This document shows positions 37,403-47,920 of a stretch of 64,000 nt of DNA, in pieces; within the stretch, counting starts at the first letter, position 1; every line of letters starts with the position of its first letter. Source of the DNA: an uncultured Acidobacteriaceae bacterium (lineage in GTDB: Bacteria; Acidobacteriota; Terriglobia; Terriglobales; Acidobacteriaceae); the NCBI GenBank assembly GCA_963767315.1, contig CAVYDK010000014.1:45894-109893 (forward strand). The letters run 5' to 3'. A program made the translations under genes and the position numbers. The notes under the pieces are model-generated. The model saw only the letters and a program-made list of their open reading frames with translations, did not search any database and had not been told where the DNA came from.

Positions 37403-38299
37403 ATGACGGAAACAAGGCCAGCCCGGCGCTATCGTTTTGGTGTATTTGAAGCAAACGCTGCCTCGGGAGAGCTTCTGCGGCAGGGAATTCGAACCAAATT
37501 AAACGCCCAGCCCTTTCAGGTACTCTGCATGCTCCTGGAGCGGCCCGGCGAACTGCTGACTCGAGAGGCTATCTCCCGCGAGCTGTGGCCCGAGGGCACC
37601 TTTGTCGATTACGAACATGGCGTGAACTCCGCGGTCAATCGCATCCGCGAAGCCCTCGGAGATACGGCAAGCAATCCACGGTTCGTTGAGACCCTGGCCC
37701 GTCGTGGATATCGCTTCGTGGCTCCCGTGGAACGGATTGGCCTCGGTGAAGATCCGTCTCCCTCAGTCTCCGAGTCCACGGCCTCGGGTTCGAACGAGCA
37801 TACGGTCGTTTCGAGCGAGTCTGAGGCTGACCTTCTCAGCCGGATTCTGGCCTCTCCGCAGGAACTTCCGAAGGCCTCGTATCCCGTTGTGCAGACGCTC
37901 TTCGTCCTCTTTCAGTGCATGTACCTGAGTTTCTATATCGGTGCGCTGTCAAATCTGCCGGAGATTGATGAACTCTTCTCCCCACTGCCGAAAGCATCGC
38001 AGGCACTTACTGTCTTGATCGTGACTGCCGCAGTTCTGATCCCTGTTCGTGCCTTCGTGCTCACTGCTGTGCTCATGCACGCGCCCCGAGTGCGCGAGAA
38101 GTTCCTCAGGATTTGGCCGTTTCTGTTTCTGTTCGACGAGCTTTGGTCGCTCTCGCCATTCCTGCTGCTGCACCACATCAGCATCGGATTGGCAGTATCG
38201 TGTACGGCGCTTCTCGTCTACTCGCCCTTTGCACAGCGCTCTCTAGTCCTGATGGGTGCAGGCGGCATGGACCGTGAAACCTCAGCTACGGTCCGGTGA
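37403..38299 (+). CDS. CadC/ToxR-like winged-helix regulator with C-terminal TM helices
   Basis: YRFGVFEA...QPFQVLCMLLERPGELLTRE...IREALGD...FVETLARRGYRF; four hydrophobic segments. Confidence 0.88.
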   Translation: MTETRPARRYRFGVFEANAASGELLRQGIRTKLNAQPFQVLCMLLERPGELLTREAISRELWPEGTFVDYEHGVNSAVNRIREALGDTASNPRFVETLARRGYRFVAPVERIGLGEDPSPSVSESTASGSNEHTVVSSESEADLLSRILASPQELPKASYPVVQTLFVLFQCMYLSFYIGALSNLPEIDELFSPLPKASQALTVLIVTAAVLIPVRAFVLTAVLMHAPRVREKFLRIWPFLFLFDELWSLSPFLLLHHISIGLAVSCTALLVYSPFAQRSLVLMGAGGMDRETSATVR

Positions 38300-38508
38300 A
38301 CGGAGCGATCCTGCCAACCCAAGCTGTGGCAGCGAACTTTCCGAAATGCTGACTTGAACAAAACCGCTTTAGGCGACGGACGCTTGCGCGTGGAGCTGAG
38401 CGAGCGGCTGTGACGTTGCAATTCCCTGATATCAGCCGACACAGCGCAAGGATGAAGATGCACTCACACGGGCCATCCTCTCATTGGCCAGGTTAGGATG
38501 GAAGCACC

Positions 38509-39342
38509 GTGAGGCGAACACTTACATGCATGCTGTGGCTGGGAGGGCTAGTAGGCCAAGCCCAGGTCCGGCATATCTCTCGCCTGGCAAGTGCACTCCA
38601 CGGGACACACGCCACCGCTGTTGTCGTGGATGTGCCCTCTGGAAGCATCCTTGACAGCTATGGCGCTCTGGATATGCCGGCTGCACCGGGTTCGACCCTA
38701 AAACCATTCGTGCTGAAGGCGGCACTGGATGCTGATGTGATTTCCGCGCAGGAGACGATCCACTGCCGCGGTACGCTGATGGTAAAGGGACATAATCTGA
38801 CGTGCGGACATCCCCGCGACATCACTGTTCTGGACGCGAGGCAAGCGCTGGCGGAATCCTGCAATACCTACTTCGTTACCCTGGCGCGGCGAATGACTTC
38901 GCAGGTGCTGCTGAACGGATTGCAAGCGTATGGTCTGCATCCGGCAGGATCTGCTGCCGTACCCGACGACCGTGCGCTGCTTGCGGTGGGAATTGTGGGG
39001 ATCAAGACGTCGCCGCGCGAACTGGCCATGGCCTATCGCATGCTGGCACAGCAGATGAATGGAGCAACGGGACATGCGGTAGGTGTAGTGCGCGATGGGA
39101 TGCTGCAATCGGTCGCGACCGGCATGGCACGCGGGGCGCAGACCGACGGGGTGATGCTTGGCGGCAAGACAGGGACAGCACAGGATGCGCCTGCACCGTG
39201 GAGTCATGGGTGGTTTGTGGGCATCCTGTTTGACGGGCAGATGCAGGCACGGCGCGTCCTCGTCATCTATGTGCCCCGCGGCACTGGCAACGACGCGGCA
39301 TTGCTGGCAAAGAGAGTATTACAGCGAAAGGCAGTGCAATGA
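38509..39342 (+). CDS. stand-alone penicillin-binding transpeptidase-domain protein
   Basis: SxxK (STLK), SxN (SCN), KTG motifs. Confidence 0.85.
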   Translation: MRRTLTCMLWLGGLVGQAQVRHISRLASALHGTHATAVVVDVPSGSILDSYGALDMPAAPGSTLKPFVLKAALDADVISAQETIHCRGTLMVKGHNLTCGHPRDITVLDARQALAESCNTYFVTLARRMTSQVLLNGLQAYGLHPAGSAAVPDDRALLAVGIVGIKTSPRELAMAYRMLAQQMNGATGHAVGVVRDGMLQSVATGMARGAQTDGVMLGGKTGTAQDAPAPWSHGWFVGILFDGQMQARRVLVIYVPRGTGNDAALLAKRVLQRKAVQ

Positions 39343-41024
39343 GGCTCGCGCATGGAATCCTGCTGGGCCTGTTGGTTACCTCAACTGCAAGGTCGCAATC
39401 TGCAACGGATGTCACTGTACGGCTGTACTACACCCACGCCATACATGCTGCCACGGTTACACCGGTGGATGCGGTCATGCGATTGTGTAAGGGGTGCAAA
39501 ACCAGTTTGATTCCCGCGCAGTTGCAGATCAGTACTAGTAAGGCGCAGTTGATAGTAGGCGGAAAAGCTGTGCCTGAACTGGATTTAAGCGGACAGGTTC
39601 GCTTGACCGCAGACAGCGGGCAGGTTGAGTTGGGCTATGGACAGTGGAAGGTTACTGCGGCGCCGGATGGGCTTCATGTACTGCTGACAATTCCCAGTGA
39701 ACGGTACGTGATGGCAGTCCTTCAGAGCGAGGCAGGGGCAAACGAATCCGCGGAATCACTCAAGGCGCTGGCGGTGACGGCACGCAGCTTTGCCCTGACC
39801 AATCCGCATCGGCACGGGACGGAAGGGCTGTGCGACAGCACGCATTGCCAGGCCCTGCGTATGGGTGATGTGCCGGATGAGATTGAGCGCGCGGTACGTG
39901 CAACCGCAGGCGAGACGCTGTGGTGGCATGGGGCGCGTGTGCCCGGATACTTCACCCAGAGTTGCGGTGGGATGACGGAAGATGCTGCGGTTATGTGGGG
40001 TGGAGAGGAAAAGCCGTGGCTGACGTCCCATGCAGATCGCTACTGCGTAAGACTCCCCTCCCAATGGCACGCAGAGATGAGCGTTACAGAGTTGCGTGAG
40101 GCTCTGTATGCGGAGGGTTGGAAGCTGGGTGGTGCGATCGATGGCATACGCGTTGTGCAGCGGGACGGAAGCGGTCGCGCGCGAAAGCTGCTGGTTTCGG
40201 CAGGGGCTGAACGAGTGACAATTCCGGCAGCGAGCCTGCGGTTTGCGTTGAACCGGTCACTCGGCTGGAACCGTCTGCGCAGCGATTGGTATGAAGTGAC
40301 CTTGAATGATGGGCGTGTGGTGTTCGATGGAAAGGGATATGGGCATGGCGTTGGGCTATGCCAGGCCGGTGCGGCAGAGATGGCGAAGGCAGGCAAGAAC
40401 TATCGAGAGATTCTGGCGTTCTACTTTCCCACTACGGGCCTGCAGGTGGAGGCCAATGATGCGGGATGGATGCAGCACGACGGGAATGGATGGACACTGC
40501 GGTCTACGGGAGATACGGCGAGTTTGATGGCACAGGGGAACCGGGCGCTGCTTCGGGCGCACGCATTGTTTGCAGGCAATGTGCATCCAGTGGTGACCGT
40601 GTACCCGACGACGGAACTCTTTCGGCAGGCTACCAATGTGCCTGGATGGATGCTGGGAACCGCTCGCGGCGACACGATTGCCTTGCAACCGGTGAGCGTA
40701 TTGCAGCAGCATGGCGGTGCAGAGGCGCTGCTGCTGCATGAGTTTCTGCACAGCATGGTGGAAAGCGAAGCGACGGATGCTGCGCCGTTGTGGCTGCGAG
40801 AGGGATTGGTTGAGGCGCTGGCGGGCGAGTCTGGAGGGCCGAAGAACATGACCCCAGTTCAAATCGACGCAGCCTTGCTCAGAGCAGGCAATCAGCAGGA
40901 GGCGGAACAAGCGCATCGCGCAGCCTGTGAATTGGTGCGCGGACTGATTGCCAAATACGGAATGCAAGCGGTGCGCGGCTGGCTACGCAGCGGAGTCCCG
41001 CGGGGCCTGGTTGCGGGCGAGTAG
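39339..41024 (+). CDS. SpoIID/LytB-domain protein with C-terminal HExxH peptidase-like domain
   Basis: ESLKALAVTARS, CDSTHCQ, GHGVGLCQAGA; C-terminal HEFLH...WLREG. Confidence 0.85.
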   Translation: MRLAHGILLGLLVTSTARSQSATDVTVRLYYTHAIHAATVTPVDAVMRLCKGCKTSLIPAQLQISTSKAQLIVGGKAVPELDLSGQVRLTADSGQVELGYGQWKVTAAPDGLHVLLTIPSERYVMAVLQSEAGANESAESLKALAVTARSFALTNPHRHGTEGLCDSTHCQALRMGDVPDEIERAVRATAGETLWWHGARVPGYFTQSCGGMTEDAAVMWGGEEKPWLTSHADRYCVRLPSQWHAEMSVTELREALYAEGWKLGGAIDGIRVVQRDGSGRARKLLVSAGAERVTIPAASLRFALNRSLGWNRLRSDWYEVTLNDGRVVFDGKGYGHGVGLCQAGAAEMAKAGKNYREILAFYFPTTGLQVEANDAGWMQHDGNGWTLRSTGDTASLMAQGNRALLRAHALFAGNVHPVVTVYPTTELFRQATNVPGWMLGTARGDTIALQPVSVLQQHGGAEALLLHEFLHSMVESEATDAAPLWLREGLVEALAGESGGPKNMTPVQIDAALLRAGNQQEAEQAHRAACELVRGLIAKYGMQAVRGWLRSGVPRGLVAGE

Positions 41025-41729
41025 CTCGGATGTGAGCGCCACGACGTAGGTGAACAGGTAGACCAAGACAACATAGACCACGGTGAGCCTCAGCACGACG
41101 CTGATAACTTCGACAGTCGGGTTGCTTGGTGGATGCCAGTCAATCAATGAAGTAAGGACATTGGCTGCGCAATAAAACAGGATTGGAGTAAGCCAATACT
41201 GCCAGCGGAGGAGAATGCGCGAGGCATTGCGTCGCGCCTGCCATCCGCGCGTGACGGTCTCGATCGCTACCGGGATAAAGAGTGCAGGCAGTACGATCCA
41301 CATCAGGGAATCGAAAATATTTTCTTGCCAGTTGAGCAGGCGCGGCTGGGTAAAGATGCTGCGCAGGTGCGGGCCGAGCATGGCGTTCCAGTAGGACGCG
41401 CGTTGCGAGGCGCGGTCATTGAGCGGGTCGAGGATGTAGTTTGCGAGTGAGAAGATTGCAATCCAGAGCGCGAGCAGAAGACCGCCCAGCCAGATAGGTT
41501 TGTTTTCGGCGGACTGACGGAGCCGGCGCACGATGTATGTGTAAAGAGCGAGAGTCCCGGCAACCAGCAGACAGATGGTAAGGGCCGAGAGCGCAAGTTC
41601 CCAGAGATGCGAGTCAGGAATGGTTGTAGCGGCAATTGCAATGCCTATCAACCCAAGATTGCCGAAGATCTGCCACAGCAGGATGCGAATGGCGATACGG
41701 CGGCGTGCAGCGAGGAAAAGATTATTCAC
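40983..41729 (-). CDS. integral membrane hypothetical protein
   Basis: ~6 hydrophobic helices; start overlaps the A2M stop. Confidence 0.75.
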   Translation of the reverse strand: MNNLFLAARRRIAIRILLWQIFGNLGLIGIAIAATTIPDSHLWELALSALTICLLVAGTLALYTYIVRRLRQSAENKPIWLGGLLLALWIAIFSLANYILDPLNDRASQRASYWNAMLGPHLRSIFTQPRLLNWQENIFDSLMWIVLPALFIPVAIETVTRGWQARRNASRILLRWQYWLTPILFYCAANVLTSLIDWHPPSNPTVEVISVVLRLTVVYVVLVYLFTYVVALTSELLARNQAPRDSAA

Positions 41730-44700
41730 TTGGCTACCTCTTTTACGTCGAGGCGAAGCTCATCCGTGGTGGCCTGCACGCCCGGCTGGTACATGGGAGA
41801 GACGCTGGCAGGGCTGATGGCAAAGCTTCCGTGGTTTACAACCTTGAGAAGATAGAACGAATCATGACGGCCGTCGAATGTGCCTGCGAAGATTGCGGCG
41901 TGATCGTCGTGGAACTCCTGACGTGTGTACCACCAGTTCCAACTGGCGGGCCGGTTGACGATGTTGTAGCTGTCGCTGTTCTGCAGGAACTCAACACCGG
42001 CGGGGATGGGGTCTTCGATCAACAGATACTTCTGTGGCGATCCGCCAACGCCGAGATGAACAGCGAGAACATCTCCCTGCTCCACCGGGCCGTTGAGAGG
42101 CTTGAGCGTATAGACGATGTTGCCGTCCTTCGTTGTGGGAACCAGGATGGAATAATCGCGAGCGATGCTCAATGCAAGCGAGCCCTGCTGATAGCTATGC
42201 GGCGAGGTTGAGAAGTATGTCGCCTGTGTGGTCCAGTAGGCACGACCGTTGCCGGTAGAGACGATGCGGATGGTGTTCTGCTGCGATTGCAGATGCGCAG
42301 CGTCCAGAGTGAGGGAAAGCGTGGCGCCCTTGACTGCATCTGCCTGCGAGAAGTGGCGCTTCCCTGCCGAGGCTCCGTTGACGAAGACTTCAACGTCTGT
42401 GTCGCCAGCAAGCTCGTGCGAGACCAGAAGATAGTCGGTGAGGCCGTAAATCACGAACGCGGTCTGCTGCGTGCTGCCCCACCAGTAGCCTTCGGAGCGA
42501 TTGGCGACAAGCCACTGTGCGGCCTTCACCAACAGCGGACTCTGCGGATCGGCCTGGGCAAGAAACTTGAGTACAAACGCGGTCGATTCGGCGCTGCCGT
42601 CGTAGTCAATGTCGAGGAGGTTATTGCGGCTCTCGGGCCAACTGGCAAGATCGCCCTCGATGCGGGCCTTCTTTTCGAGCAACTGGGCGATGGCCGGGGC
42701 GCGCGAGTCCTTGGCATCGAGCATGGCGAGGCCGGTGTAGGCGAGAGCCTGCGGGCCGAGATCGTCGCGGCGGGAGTAGAGCGTGTCGAGCTGACCCTTC
42801 AATATCTGCGCGGAATTCTCACGCGCTTTTGCCGATGCGAAATTACTTGACTGAATGTCTATAGATTCTGCGAGAGCATAGACCACATAGGCGCGGAGTT
42901 CCGGGAGCATGTGAGGATGCTGTTCCAGGGCATTCTGCAGAAAATGGATGCTGCTAGGCACTCCCTCTGTCCAGCCACCGGAAAAATCTGCCTTGGTATA
43001 GCCCGCCTTCCTCGCCTGCGCGAGGCCACTGACGACGTAGGCAGTCATGAAGACCTGGCTCTGGTCCTCCTTCCACCATCCCCAGCCGCCATCTTCATGT
43101 TGATAGTCGCGCAGACGTTCAAAACCGGCCTGGATCTTGGCGTTGAGGGCTGCCTGATCGATCTTCGAGGGGAGGTTCAGCTTTTGCATGGCCTGCGCCA
43201 CAATAATGTTCGGCAGCAAGCTGGACATGGTCTGCTCGGTGCATCCGTAGGGGAAGGTGGTGAGGTAGTCGAGCGCGGAGAAGAGCGAACCTGCGATGGA
43301 TGGACTCACTTGAATCGTGAGCGAGTGAGCGGCGGGGTCGGTATTAGCGGGGAATGATAGCTGGCTGGTGCGGTCCCCGGTGTTGGCGATGACGCCGGAA
43401 GACGCAATAGTCTCCGCAACTCCGGAGGGATGCACAGGGAGCGTGATCTGCAGTGCGTCGCTCTCAGGCGAGGAGATGGCCTTTGCGGTCAGCGTGGCAG
43501 TGCCCACAGCAGAGGCGCGCAGGCGATACAGGATGGTGGCATCGGCCCGAGGGGCGACGGTCACCTGCTGCGCAGAGCCGCTGACGATGTCGAGACCGGC
43601 GGCATCCAGCGAGAGTTGGATCTGCTTGGTCTGTTGCAGATAGTTGTGCACGATCACAGGGATGGTGACCACATCGCCCTTGCGCAGGAAGCGCGGCTGC
43701 CCCATGCGGACGATGATGTTCTTGCGCACGATGACCCGGTTGACTGTTGCGCCCGCCTTGGAATCCACCGTAATGGCGCGGACCGTGGCGCGCCATGTGG
43801 TGAGCGAGTCGGGGAAGGTAAGGGTGACGCGAGCGTGGCCTGTGGCGTCGGTGTGGACGTCCGGTTGCCAGAAGGCGGTATCAGGAAAGTCCTTGCGGAT
43901 GCGCGGCGCACTGTCGATGCTTGGTTTAACCTGCGCCAGTTGCGGGTGGAAGCGGCGTTGGGCCAGCAGCGGTGAACGAGAGCCTGCCTCGCCGGTGAAG
44001 TAGTACACGAGCGAATTATCTATGTCGGGGTAGGTCTCGCGCTGTGGGTAAAATGCATTGAGAATATTGCCGCTCGAGTCCGGTTCGACCGAGTAGACAG
44101 CCTCATCCACGACACCGAAGCTAAAATCCGCGGAGACCGGCGCACCCGTGGCATCGTGTGCCGTCACGTCATAGGCAGCACTCTGCTGCGGCTGGAAGGT
44201 TTCTGACGCCGGTGTAATTGTCAGTTGCAGTTTCTGCTGGGTCGTCGGCACCACTATATTGCGTTGTCCTTGATAGACCTTTTCGTCGCTGAGGAAGACA
44301 ACGTCAACCGTCAGATTGGGTTGGGAGTCCTTGGTAATGGGGAGATCGAAGGAAAGCACCTTGCCGGAGCTGTCCAGGACCTTGCGGAACTCTACGGTGT
44401 AACCACTGGCGGTGATCAGCGCGTGGAAGCCATCGACCTGGGTGATGACTGAAAGATGTGCGGTATCGCCGGGAGCGTAGGTCTTCTTATCGGTGATAAT
44501 TCGGATTTGCTGATTCGACTCATCCCCGAAGTCTGCGTTCTTTAAGCCGTTCACCCATAGCCAGCCAATGTCCTGCACGGTACGCTTCTCTGGGGTCACG
44601 GCAGTAGCAACTACATTAAGTGAACCCGCCATGTTGGCGGGCATATGCACAACGACGGTGCCATCGGAGCCGGTGGTTGCGTCGGCATCGCCTGCTGCTG

Positions 44701-46543
44701 TAGCCGTGTAGGTACGAGGCCATCCCATGTTGTATCTGCGGTCCTCGAGATGCAGGTGCACGGGAGTCTGCACGGGCTTGCCGTCGTAGTCGATTGCAGT
44801 GACCTGGAAGCTGGCGTTCTGCCCCTGCTGCACGGAGTAGCTGAGCGGCTCGACCTGCAGGCGGAAGCTACCGTAGGTGGCGAGAATGCGATAGCGGCCG
44901 CTGATCTCCCGGCCAGCCTCATCGGTGACGCCTGCTTCGACGACGTAATCCTTGTCGAAGTGCTTGTCTTCATTAAAGGCGGTTGGTATGGAAACCGTAA
45001 GCTTGCCATCGGCGTCAAGACGGCCTTCGCCTGCAACTTGCTGATCCCCTCCGTAGCCGATGGACTCCTGCGAGTCGCTGCTCTGCGACCCGTCAGCGTT
45101 CTCTCCAGCAGGATCGTTGTTGTTATCGCTGTCATCCTCGTTCCACCACCAGTGCTGGTTGACAGAGACGGTGTACTTCACCTTGGCGCTGGCGACGGGT
45201 TCACCGAAGAAGTAGCGCGCATCGATCGTGACGGAATCGCTCTCTCCCTGCATGACTCGCTGGCGGGCAGCGGTGACGTGCACCTGGTACTCCGGCTTGC
45301 GATAGTCCTCCACTTGAAATGTCCCAAGATATGAGAGGTTGGCATGCGTATCGCTCGTGATTCTGTAGTAACCGAGCGAAGCGGTCAGCGGCAGATTCAA
45401 GTCCCCCTGCACCGTGCCCATCGCGGAGAAAGGCAGTTGCTTGTCGTAAACGGACTTCTGCTGGTCGTCCTGAATCAGGATATGGATCTGCGCCAGTTTG
45501 GGGAGGATGAGAGCATCGCCTGCGTGCTGGCGAACGATGACCTTGAAGTGGACCGTGTGGCCGGGGCGATAGACGGGCCGGTCTGTGTAGCCGTAGCAGG
45601 AGTAGAGAGTGTCCTGCGACCGAGTAAACGAGGAGTACCACGGGGCGACAAGATCAACGTCGCCGCCCGAGCGGGCCAAGACCCAGAGTTTGCTGTCAGC
45701 CGTGTCGGTCTCAACTCCACCTTCCCCATCTTCATCATCCGCAGATGTTACATTCTTTTTTGCAGAAGGCGGAGCGTCGAAGGTGGCAAGTCCGTCTGCC
45801 TTTGTGGTGACGCGGTGCGGTGGCTGCTTGCCGAGAGCAAGCACAACTCTGGCCCCGGTGACGGGTGCGCCGGTCTTACGGTCGACGACAAAGGCGACCA
45901 TCTGGCCGGCAACCGTACGCGTGATCAGCGCTGTCTCACTGACCATGAGCAGCGTATAGGCCTTCAGGTGGCCGTCCGTGGCCTCCACCAGATACATGCC
46001 GGGTGGAAGCGGATCGATGGGTAGGACCTGATTGTCCGAGACGTAGGTTGGCGGCACTTCCTGACGCCAGCGCGCGACCAATTGCTTGTCGTTCAGCAAC
46101 GGAACCTGCGCGAACTGTGCAACGCCGACGATTCGGCTGCGCTTCGCTAACCCGGACTGCTTCTCCTTCAGCGCGTCGCGCGTAGCACGGGAGAGCTGGG
46201 CGCGGAAGAAGTGTTTAACGTCAATCCATAGGTCGTGCTTCCAGTCGTGAAAGCGCTCAAGCCATGTCTTTTCGTCGATCTGCTCGACGGGGCTGTTGAT
46301 GGTCTCGCCGAAGCTATGCATCTCCGAGAGACCGCCAATGAACTTTTCCGGGTTGTTGACATGATAGACGCGAAACTCCAGCTCAGACTCGTTGCGTGCA
46401 TATAGATGGATCTTTGGGTTCTCGCCGGGCGCAAACGCTTTATAGGTGCTGAGGGTAAAGTAGGGCGATGCGGCGAACGCGCATGGCACAAATAGCAGGA
46501 AGAGAATGACGAGCGCCGCTAATCTTCGCGCAGAATATTCCAA
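41726..46543 (-). CDS. alpha-2-macroglobulin family protein with thioester motif
   Basis: TDRPVYRPG, IRKDFPDTAFW, FPDSLTTWRA, FPYGCTEQ, DGGWGWW; start uncertain (TTG 46543 chosen). Confidence 0.93.
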   Translation of the reverse strand: MEYSARRLAALVILFLLFVPCAFAASPYFTLSTYKAFAPGENPKIHLYARNESELEFRVYHVNNPEKFIGGLSEMHSFGETINSPVEQIDEKTWLERFHDWKHDLWIDVKHFFRAQLSRATRDALKEKQSGLAKRSRIVGVAQFAQVPLLNDKQLVARWRQEVPPTYVSDNQVLPIDPLPPGMYLVEATDGHLKAYTLLMVSETALITRTVAGQMVAFVVDRKTGAPVTGARVVLALGKQPPHRVTTKADGLATFDAPPSAKKNVTSADDEDGEGGVETDTADSKLWVLARSGGDVDLVAPWYSSFTRSQDTLYSCYGYTDRPVYRPGHTVHFKVIVRQHAGDALILPKLAQIHILIQDDQQKSVYDKQLPFSAMGTVQGDLNLPLTASLGYYRITSDTHANLSYLGTFQVEDYRKPEYQVHVTAARQRVMQGESDSVTIDARYFFGEPVASAKVKYTVSVNQHWWWNEDDSDNNNDPAGENADGSQSSDSQESIGYGGDQQVAGEGRLDADGKLTVSIPTAFNEDKHFDKDYVVEAGVTDEAGREISGRYRILATYGSFRLQVEPLSYSVQQGQNASFQVTAIDYDGKPVQTPVHLHLEDRRYNMGWPRTYTATAAGDADATTGSDGTVVVHMPANMAGSLNVVATAVTPEKRTVQDIGWLWVNGLKNADFGDESNQQIRIITDKKTYAPGDTAHLSVITQVDGFHALITASGYTVEFRKVLDSSGKVLSFDLPITKDSQPNLTVDVVFLSDEKVYQGQRNIVVPTTQQKLQLTITPASETFQPQQSAAYDVTAHDATGAPVSADFSFGVVDEAVYSVEPDSSGNILNAFYPQRETYPDIDNSLVYYFTGEAGSRSPLLAQRRFHPQLAQVKPSIDSAPRIRKDFPDTAFWQPDVHTDATGHARVTLTFPDSLTTWRATVRAITVDSKAGATVNRVIVRKNIIVRMGQPRFLRKGDVVTIPVIVHNYLQQTKQIQLSLDAAGLDIVSGSAQQVTVAPRADATILYRLRASAVGTATLTAKAISSPESDALQITLPVHPSGVAETIASSGVIANTGDRTSQLSFPANTDPAAHSLTIQVSPSIAGSLFSALDYLTTFPYGCTEQTMSSLLPNIIVAQAMQKLNLPSKIDQAALNAKIQAGFERLRDYQHEDGGWGWWKEDQSQVFMTAYVVSGLAQARKAGYTKADFSGGWTEGVPSSIHFLQNALEQHPHMLPELRAYVVYALAESIDIQSSNFASAKARENSAQILKGQLDTLYSRRDDLGPQALAYTGLAMLDAKDSRAPAIAQLLEKKARIEGDLASWPESRNNLLDIDYDGSAESTAFVLKFLAQADPQSPLLVKAAQWLVANRSEGYWWGSTQQTAFVIYGLTDYLLVSHELAGDTDVEVFVNGASAGKRHFSQADAVKGATLSLTLDAAHLQSQQNTIRIVSTGNGRAYWTTQATYFSTSPHSYQQGSLALSIARDYSILVPTTKDGNIVYTLKPLNGPVEQGDVLAVHLGVGGSPQKYLLIEDPIPAGVEFLQNSDSYNIVNRPASWNWWYTRQEFHDDHAAIFAGTFDGRHDSFYLLKVVNHGSFAISPASVSPMYQPGVQATTDELRLDVKEVAK

Positions 46544-47610
46544 CGATAGACGCCGAGAAAGTTTGGATTTGAGGGCGTCGGCCGCCAGCGTGGGTCGGGA
46601 TGATGCAGCAGGTCCGCGAGCAGCACGCGGCGCATCTCGCCTGGATGATTGTCGATTGGCCCCGTGTGATAGACAACCCATTCGCTGTGTTCTGTGATAA
46701 CCATCGAATGATACTGCGAATCTGCTTCAAGCAAGCGAAAAAATATTAAATCTCCTGGACGGGCGGCGCTGATGTCGCGGCTGACAAAGAATGTATTGGC
46801 CTGGATGAGCGTTTTCGCGTCGGCAAACTGGGCAAACGTGCCATCCGTGACATCAGTCACACGAAACGGACCGGGACGGATGCGGAAGAGGCTAAGGCCA
46901 AGTGGGGTATTGGGATAGCTCCATTGCTGGATGGAGGTCAGCGCCGGCATCTGCTCAACGGAGTACTGCGCATACCAGCGTTCATCGTGGAACCGGAGCG
47001 ACTCGCGATAGGCGTAGCGAAGCAGCGAGGCACAGTCAATGATCTCCGGCGGGAGCTGACTGGGTTCAACATCGGCGGCCCGGTCTGCCAGCGCGGTGAA
47101 CCAGAGCCGGAATGCCTGCCGATCGGTGGCACTGTGCAGACGCATCCAGTCGGGCGTGCCATCGCCAAAGCTGTCGCGGTCATCCGGCACAGATGTGACC
47201 GTAAGGGCAAGATTACTGCCGCGTCCCATTACGCCAAGGCGAAGACGGCCAGGAATCACACCCGCGCGGAGATAAAGGGCGACATGGCCGTCGGGCAGGT
47301 CTTCTAGACGATAGCTAGAGGGCTGAGCGCCGGTGAGATGGAGTTGGGTTGCATCCAGTGACAGATGGTGACGCGCTTTGAATATGGCTACTTTATGCTC
47401 ACGGCCATCCGCGGGAAGCGTAACGCGAGAGGGTCCGACCACTATTCCTGAATACGCTCCCAGCCGCCATGCAAGGAGTATTGCGATGACGAGGAGTGCG
47501 ATGGATGCTGCCGCGAAATAACCAGAATGCAAATCACGCCAACGTGTCATGAAAGATATCGCTAGCTCGGTAACGAAACAGAGGGGACGCCGTGTGGCGT
47601 GTGCGGCCAA
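46519..47610 (-). CDS. DUF1175 (YfaT-like) family protein
   Basis: DCASLLRYAYRESL, ARPGDLIFF, YHSM, YHTGP, WRPTPSNPNFLGVYRW. Confidence 0.85.
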   Translation of the reverse strand: MAAHATRRPLCFVTELAISFMTRWRDLHSGYFAAASIALLVIAILLAWRLGAYSGIVVGPSRVTLPADGREHKVAIFKARHHLSLDATQLHLTGAQPSSYRLEDLPDGHVALYLRAGVIPGRLRLGVMGRGSNLALTVTSVPDDRDSFGDGTPDWMRLHSATDRQAFRLWFTALADRAADVEPSQLPPEIIDCASLLRYAYRESLRFHDERWYAQYSVEQMPALTSIQQWSYPNTPLGLSLFRIRPGPFRVTDVTDGTFAQFADAKTLIQANTFFVSRDISAARPGDLIFFRLLEADSQYHSMVITEHSEWVVYHTGPIDNHPGEMRRVLLADLLHHPDPRWRPTPSNPNFLGVYRWNILRED

Positions 47611-47796
47611 CGTTCAATCAAGAAAACTGCGTTAGTCGTTACTATAACCCGGTTTTTGCCTCTCCTCGGCCGTATCGACATATCGGTCGTATCTGCCGTT
47701 GTCTGGCAAGGGCCAACGGCCCGTCCTATATTTAGCCTGGGGCGGACGGGGTCCCCGGCGAGCTTGCTCGCTGGGGCAGGAAGCCCCAGGTACGCG

Positions 47797-47824
47797 CTGC
47801 TAACAGAGAAATCCGCAGAGAATT
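47797..47824 (+). repeat. 28-bp direct repeat, copy 2
   Basis: CTGCTAACAGAGAAATCCGCAGAGAATT. Confidence 0.7.
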
Positions 47825-47920
47825 TCACGATTTTTGGCCTATGATGCTGCCACCAGCTCTCTCTATAGCACTGAATCTAAGCGAGTTCCTGCATTACTCG
47901 GGGTTTTCATGCACCATCCC

